Part shown: piece after piece, positions 59,057-64,000 of the stretch | How positions within the stretch are numbered: the stretch's first letter is position 1 | Layout of the letters: each line of letters opens with the position of its first letter | DNA from: Elusimicrobiota bacterium | Lineage (GTDB): Bacteria; Elusimicrobiota; Endomicrobiia; CG1-02-37-114; JAHJSO01 | DNA: 64,000 nt | Assembly (NCBI GenBank): GCA_043826435.1 | Contig: JBDRQF010000011.1 | Span: 7,025 to 71,024, forward strand | Direction of reading: 5' to 3' | Notes under the pieces: model-generated | Seen by the model: only the letters and a program-made list of their open reading frames with translations | The model's database searches: none | Told to the model about the DNA's origin: nothing | Position numbers and translations under genes: made by a program

Positions 59057-59563
59057 TTAATCAATTCCATGTATCTCTCTTTTGTTCTTATGTATTTGCC
59101 TATATCGGTTGCAATCAAAATCCGCCCGAAGATGTTGTTTCTTTGATTGAACTATGGGTTCAGCGATTACAACAAGTTTTTTTGTAACCCTGTTTGCTTC
59201 TTTTATTGCTTTAATAAAGGTATCATCGTCAACATGGTGAAGTGTTTCAAGTATAACTGTTTTGTCAAACGATTTATCAGGGAAATTAAGTTTTGAGATA
59301 TCCATAGCCAGGAAATTTTTTTTATATTTTTCTCTTGCATACTCTATAAATTTTCTATTAATATCAATTCCTGTGTAATTTTGAGTAACCCCCGAAAATC
59401 TTCCTGTGCCGCAGCCCATATCTAATAATGTTTCTGTCTCTGTCAGTTGAAGTTCCTCTTTTATAATTTTAATATACCTGTTGTAATAGCCGGGTTCAAA
59501 CAGCAGGGTTACAAGTTTTCTGACAAAGTTGCGGATATATGCGTTGTCCAGTAATTTTCCCAT
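59057..59563 (-). CDS. Small class I SAM-dependent methyltransferase (C-terminus possibly truncated)
   Basis: LLDMGCGTGRFSG (motif I) and KTVILETLHHVDDD (motif II). Only 168 aa and ends soon after motif III. Confidence 0.6.
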   Translation of the reverse strand: MGKLLDNAYIRNFVRKLVTLLFEPGYYNRYIKIIKEELQLTETETLLDMGCGTGRFSGVTQNYTGIDINRKFIEYAREKYKKNFLAMDISKLNFPDKSFDKTVILETLHHVDDDTFIKAIKEANRVTKKLVVIAEPIVQSKKQHLRADFDCNRYRQIHKNKREIHGID

Positions 59564-59571
59564 GGGTTACC

Positions 59572-61191
59572 CTAAATTTTGCTCAATGTCTTGCTTATGT
59601 CATATATTTTTATTTCGTCATTTTCAAATATCTGCACATCGGGGCTGTTATGTTCTTCCCAGTAGAGCGGTTTGATTTTCCCCGTTCCGAGCGGCACTCT
59701 AAAAACCGGTTCGGATTCGCGGACGATTTCAGTTATCAGGGAATTCAGCGGTATCCTGTTGTACGTATTAACGTGTAAATATTTGACATACAGCATATAC
59801 CGTACATTTTGTTTCCTGTAGAGGGCAAGTAATTCGTCTTTTGATTTTATGTAACTCACATCTATTGTGTTTTCCTTACCGGCAAAAAATTCAGAATTGG
59901 GATAACAAAAACTGATATGTTTCGGGCAGCCGCTTTTAATGATGTATTCAACAGCGGACTTATAGCCGGATTTTATTCCGAGTATCTTAAGGGACTTGTA
60001 AATCCCGGGTGCAGTTATGACAACGAGGGCTGCTGCCAGTTTTACAAGAAAGCTGACCGAAGGGAAAAAACTCAGCAATACCATGACGCCCGTGGACGAT
60101 ATTATGGACATTGAATAGATGGAAGACGAAATAAGGCGGGGCAGGGCGTAGGCATAGGTACCTGTACCGTCGTCCATTGCCAGCGCCTTTTCACGCGATA
60201 TGTCGGGCCTCCCGCTCCAGAATAAAAGAGGGATAAAAAACTGACTGAGCAGGACACCTCCCTCAAAGGATATGTTTTTTAACAGGAGGACGGCGCCCAG
60301 AAAGACAAGCAGGATGGTGAGCGGGCCGTCGAACGCATAGATGGTTTTGAGGTACATCCTTAAAAACGGGAGGCGGGCCGTCGGTAAAACGAAATTCCCC
60401 GACCTAAAAAAGAGTTGTCTGAAGAAGGTCGGGTAAGGGTAACCGATTTCCTTTAGGATGACGAAGAATTCCTCAATGATAATCAGGGGCAATGCCATTG
60501 CCGTGAAGAGCAGTATAAACCGCGAAACCACAATGTCTGCGGGGAATTTAAATAACACCGCTGCCACGATTTCCCACCCGGCAAAGAAAACAGGCAGGTA
60601 GAATTGCCGCGTGTTACAACAGAATGCAGCGCCGACGAAAATGCCGGCGATTATCAGGTAAATGAAATTACCGGTTTTACAACTCATTAAGTAAAGATAG
60701 GTCGCCCATACATAAAATGCCCCGCATGTTATTTCTGCATGTACCGACCTTGAATACACAAGGTGATAACCTGAAACCGTTAGGATTAAGGCGGAGATAA
60801 TGGCGAACAAAGGGCCGAAAATGATTTTACCGGTAAAATATACGCCAAGGATTCCGATTATGCCGAAGAAAGCGTTGGCATATAGGGCAGAGTATTCCAC
60901 ATTGCGGACGACTTTTGAAGTGAGGTAATAAATGAATATGTTAAGCGGGTTCGTGTCAAACAAATAACGCCCGCGGAAACCGGCAGCCGCCTGCCCGAGG
61001 CCAATCTTCTTTTTTGAAAGCAACGGCCTGATGTTCTTTTTGATAAACGTCATTAGGTCGTCAAGGAACGCCACTTCAAGCATCCGGAGCCCGTCGTCAA
61101 AATGAAGGAGCCCCCTCTGTTTGAGAGCATAAAACCTTAGGAAGGCGCCGAGTAGCAGAACAAAAATAACCAGAATCCACGTTAATGCCAT
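59572..61191 (-). CDS. Polytopic membrane protein, GT-C-like glycosyltransferase candidate
   Basis: 539 aa with at least 11 TM helices. Acidic N-terminal loop (HFDDGLRMLEVAFLDD) and a C-terminal hydrophilic domain. Confidence 0.5.
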   Translation of the reverse strand: MALTWILVIFVLLLGAFLRFYALKQRGLLHFDDGLRMLEVAFLDDLMTFIKKNIRPLLSKKKIGLGQAAAGFRGRYLFDTNPLNIFIYYLTSKVVRNVEYSALYANAFFGIIGILGVYFTGKIIFGPLFAIISALILTVSGYHLVYSRSVHAEITCGAFYVWATYLYLMSCKTGNFIYLIIAGIFVGAAFCCNTRQFYLPVFFAGWEIVAAVLFKFPADIVVSRFILLFTAMALPLIIIEEFFVILKEIGYPYPTFFRQLFFRSGNFVLPTARLPFLRMYLKTIYAFDGPLTILLVFLGAVLLLKNISFEGGVLLSQFFIPLLFWSGRPDISREKALAMDDGTGTYAYALPRLISSSIYSMSIISSTGVMVLLSFFPSVSFLVKLAAALVVITAPGIYKSLKILGIKSGYKSAVEYIIKSGCPKHISFCYPNSEFFAGKENTIDVSYIKSKDELLALYRKQNVRYMLYVKYLHVNTYNRIPLNSLITEIVRESEPVFRVPLGTGKIKPLYWEEHNSPDVQIFENDEIKIYDISKTLSKI

Positions 61192-61259
61192 TTCTTATAT
61201 GTGCTCCTTTTCGTATGCTATCCCGCTACGGTTAAGTGTCCACAACTTTGTTTTTGGGT

Positions 61260-62681
61260 TCATCCTTTCGCCTCTGTTTTTTGTTTCATTATTATTTTTT
61301 TAATAAGAAGGAAGTCATCAATTGTTAATAGTCTGAGTGATATAATATATACGGCAAATACAGGGATGGACACGCTTAAATGGGACAGAAGCCCGGTTAT
61401 TATACTTAAGGATAAACCAAGTAAAAGTAGCAGGTTTGTTTTTATGAGAGGTATCTTATATTTTGATATTACTATGGTTATTATTATTGTCTGGATTGTT
61501 AAACCGGCAATCGCGCTGATGGCGGGACCTGTGGATTTAAACGCCGGTATCAGCCAGAAGTTTAATGAAGTGGAAATGATGAAATAGATAAAACCCGCGG
61601 CTATAACCAGGAACGGCCTGTTTATCGAGTAGAAAAATGGGCCGAAGAACGCCTGGAGCCCGAACAAAAAAAGAGTAAATGAATATATTTGAGTAACCTT
61701 TATACTTTCAGCATAAACATTGGTGAACAGTAGGGGAATTATTTTATCGGCGAAACTGAAGATCACAAGGGATATAAAACCGAATGCAATGCCGAGCGTC
61801 TTGCTGCCGAATTGGACGATTTTTTCCTTTGTTTCTACGGTGTCGGGATGTGAAAAATAATACAGGAACGGGACAGGGAGAGATGCGAGCGATAATGATT
61901 CTATTAACTGGGGGACTCTCAGTCCGGCAGAGTAATAACCGACATCAACCGGGTTTTTTAACAGAACCCTTAGCATCACATAGTGCAGTGTTGTTAATAA
62001 GATAAATAATATTTGTCCGACAAACATTGCGAGTCCGAAATTGAATATGTCTTTCCTGATATTCAGGTTGGTGAAGCCAAGATTTTTCCTTATGAATACA
62101 AAATTTATTGCTATAAAGAACAACATTACGAAAAACATGTTGTATATGACGGTTTTAAAACTGTTTGATATAAGGACGATAATTATTATTGAGATGGCCC
62201 GCCAGAAAAATTCATAAGCGCCCTCCAGTATGGACCATTTCAGGAATTTGCCCAGTCCGCGGTAAACCCCCTGGAATATGTTTATAAAAGCATAAAGCAG
62301 TATAAGAAACAGGAATATATTTTTAATTTCCCTGATTTCAATCGGGTACAATTTTGGGAACTTATTTATGCTGAATACAAAAAACAGCGAGAATAGGAGG
62401 AAAGCGATAAAGGTTATTTCAAATGACTGGGAACAAAGATTTTTTTTCTCGTTTTGATTGTTTATTTCGGGCAGGAATCTTGAAAGCGTGCCGGAAAAGC
62501 CGAAACTCAATAACAACCCGATGGTTACTATCAGCTGGGTTACAAGTGAAAATCTGCCATATTCGTCCGGCCCAAGGAGCCGTACCACAAAAATAGACAG
62601 AAATCCGGACAATACCTGAAAAAATATCTTCAATACAAAATATTTTGAACTGGAATGAAATATTTCGGAGTATTTTGACAT
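61260..62681 (-). CDS. Wzx-like oligosaccharide flippase (MOP superfamily, polysaccharide biosynthesis protein family)
   Basis: 473 aa with about 12-14 TM helices. The N-terminus VLKIFFQVLSGFLSIFVVRLLGPDEYGRFSL is typical of PST/Wzx-family exporters. Confidence 0.7.
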   Translation of the reverse strand: MSKYSEIFHSSSKYFVLKIFFQVLSGFLSIFVVRLLGPDEYGRFSLVTQLIVTIGLLLSFGFSGTLSRFLPEINNQNEKKNLCSQSFEITFIAFLLFSLFFVFSINKFPKLYPIEIREIKNIFLFLILLYAFINIFQGVYRGLGKFLKWSILEGAYEFFWRAISIIIIVLISNSFKTVIYNMFFVMLFFIAINFVFIRKNLGFTNLNIRKDIFNFGLAMFVGQILFILLTTLHYVMLRVLLKNPVDVGYYSAGLRVPQLIESLSLASLPVPFLYYFSHPDTVETKEKIVQFGSKTLGIAFGFISLVIFSFADKIIPLLFTNVYAESIKVTQIYSFTLFLFGLQAFFGPFFYSINRPFLVIAAGFIYFIISTSLNFWLIPAFKSTGPAISAIAGLTIQTIIITIVISKYKIPLIKTNLLLLLGLSLSIITGLLSHLSVSIPVFAVYIISLRLLTIDDFLLIKKIIMKQKTEAKG

Positions 62682-64000
62682 TACTTGTTATAGGGGACTT
62701 TTTTTATTAACGGTGACACCAGTTGTTTCTGCCTGCCGACAAACTTTATTAAACGGCTCAAACCCGCCGCCAACCCGTATAGGTTTAATCTGATAAAAAT
62801 CCTGAACAAGTTTCCCAACAGTTTATTCGCTATTTTTTCAAGACGTTCTCTCCCGCCTAAAAAATTCTTAAAACTTTTTGCATCTAGCCAGGTTGCGACA
62901 TAAGCCATTTCTTTTACAAACTCAAATTTTTTGCTGTCGTCCTGCAGCCATGGATAAAGTTTTGATTCCCACGCCTCATAATCAAATTTGACCCAGTCCT
63001 CCATTTTTTCAGGGGGCTTAAATCCATACTGTTTCGCAACCTCAAACAATTCCATCCCGGGATACAGGGTGACCATCATCAATTGTGTTATGTAGGCGGA
63101 CGGATTGTCTTCAAGCAGCCGGTTAATCAGTTTAATTGTTAATTTCACGTCCTCTATGGTTTCCGTCGGGAACCCTGCCATGAAGCCGAACCTTGCCGTG
63201 ATTCCGACTTCCCTCAATTTTTTATTTACTTCAATCACCTGTTCCACCGTTATGTCTTTTTTTATGTCATTTAGTATCTTTGCCGAGCCGGACTCTACCC
63301 CGATGTATATTTCAACAAAACCGGCTCTCTTAAGCAGTTTCAGGTAATCCATGGAAAAACAATAAAGGTAATTCGCCCTGCAGCCACTGGTAAGTTTTAT
63401 TGAAATGTTTTTTTCGATGATAAGCCCACATATTTCCGTCGCACGGTCAAAATCGGCAAAAAAATTGTCATCCAGTAACTGGATCGTTGATATTTCCGGG
63501 TTTTTGACTAAATATTCAATGTGGGGCAAAACAGATTTCGGTTCTATTGCCCGGTGTTTCCTGAAATTAAACGCAACGTTGTAGCAGAAACCGCACCTGT
63601 GCGGGCAACCTCTGCTGGTAAAAATTGGGAACAGTCCGTTAATTATATAATCGTTGACGTTTATCAGACCATAATTCGGTATTGGAGATTTATTGAGATT
63701 TGCAAACCCGCAGGGCTGATTTACAATAATTTTGCCTTTTTCCCTGTATCCAATCCCCTTCATCTTTTTGATGGCTTCAGGGTTGCCCAGGTTTTTAAGC
63801 AATTCAACGAACGTTTCTTCACCGTCGCCGATAACAACGTAATCCACAAATTCATTTTGCAGCGTGTCGTCGGGCATCAGGGAAGGGTGTACACCCCCTA
63901 AAATGACAGGAATGGCACTGTCAATAGTTTTTATGAATTTCGCTACTTCAAGGGCGGATTTAATCTGATAACCGCTCATGGCGCTCAGCCCCACGGCGTA
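62681..64000 (-). CDS. B12-binding radical SAM protein (copy 4; N-terminus runs off the window)
   Basis: ...PVILGGVHPSL... cobalamin-domain motif and TSRGCPHRCGFCYN. The frame is open through position 64000. Confidence 0.8.
   Translation of the reverse strand, partial: YAVGLSAMSGYQIKSALEVAKFIKTIDSAIPVILGGVHPSLMPDDTLQNEFVDYVVIGDGEETFVELLKNLGNPEAIKKMKGIGYREKGKIIVNQPCGFANLNKSPIPNYGLINVNDYIINGLFPIFTSRGCPHRCGFCYNVAFNFRKHRAIEPKSVLPHIEYLVKNPEISTIQLLDDNFFADFDRATEICGLIIEKNISIKLTSGCRANYLYCFSMDYLKLLKRAGFVEIYIGVESGSAKILNDIKKDITVEQVIEVNKKLREVGITARFGFMAGFPTETIEDVKLTIKLINRLLEDNPSAYITQLMMVTLYPGMELFEVAKQYGFKPPEKMEDWVKFDYEAWESKLYPWLQDDSKKFEFVKEMAYVATWLDAKSFKNFLGGRERLEKIANKLLGNLFRIFIRLNLYGLAAGLSRLIKFVGRQKQLVSPLIKKVPYNK

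Noticed and set aside
59036-59160. Possible frameshift or pseudogenisation of the small methyltransferase 59057-59563
   Set aside because: The protein ends shortly after motif III with an odd basic tail. I cannot demonstrate a frameshift from sequence alone, and some small MTases are of this length. It is flagged only as reduced confidence.
1-64000. Mobile-element proteins (transposase, integrase, recombinase), tRNA or rRNA genes
   Set aside because: I scanned translations and the sequence for DDE/tyrosine-recombinase motifs and tRNA-like cloverleaf-sized GC-rich segments in gaps. None was found, and the gaps are too short. The scars described are non-autonomous.

Overview
The window holds 64 kb of co-directional minus-strand coding. 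The first ~11.5 kb is housekeeping: etfB (partial), an acyl-CoA dehydrogenase, then the classic rnc-fabF-acpP-fabG-fabD-fabH-plsX-rpmF-yceD block, then ackA, ndk and an isocitrate/isopropylmalate dehydrogenase. From ~11.6 kb to the window end (>52 kb, still running at 64000) is one very large glycan/glycoconjugate biosynthesis supercluster. It contains about 8 polytopic GT-C-like (PMT/ArnT-type) membrane glycosyltransferase paralogs, 6 DPM-synthase-like GT2 genes, several GT4/GT2 transferases, and a WecA/MraY-type initiating transferase. It also has three DegT aminotransferases, a Gfo/Idh/MocA dehydrogenase, an LbH acetyltransferase, an AsnB-type amidotransferase, two SDR epimerase/dehydratases, and a TPP-dependent E1 alpha/beta pair. 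A reversed-order HldE-like bifunctional cytidylyltransferase/PfkB kinase, four B12-binding radical SAM enzymes plus a fifth radical SAM, four SAM methyltransferases and a Wzx-type flippase complete the set. No rRNA, tRNA, CRISPR array, transposase or integrase was recognised. The cluster is compositionally mosaic, alternating AT-rich and GC-richer blocks, and carries molecular scars. These are REP/MITE-like palindromic repeats with a 10-bp flanking direct repeat, a 22-bp duplication around a ~427-bp insert, and a GC-rich remnant of a B12-radical-SAM N-terminus. A pair of tandem small membrane proteins with a winged-helix-like C-terminal domain is unexplained. The most notable candidate is the system itself: an exceptionally large, paralog-rich apparatus for extracytoplasmic glycan assembly from lipid-linked donors, with extensive predicted radical-SAM/B12 and SAM-dependent sugar tailoring. 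All coordinates for non-ORF features are hand-counted and may be off by 1-2 nt.
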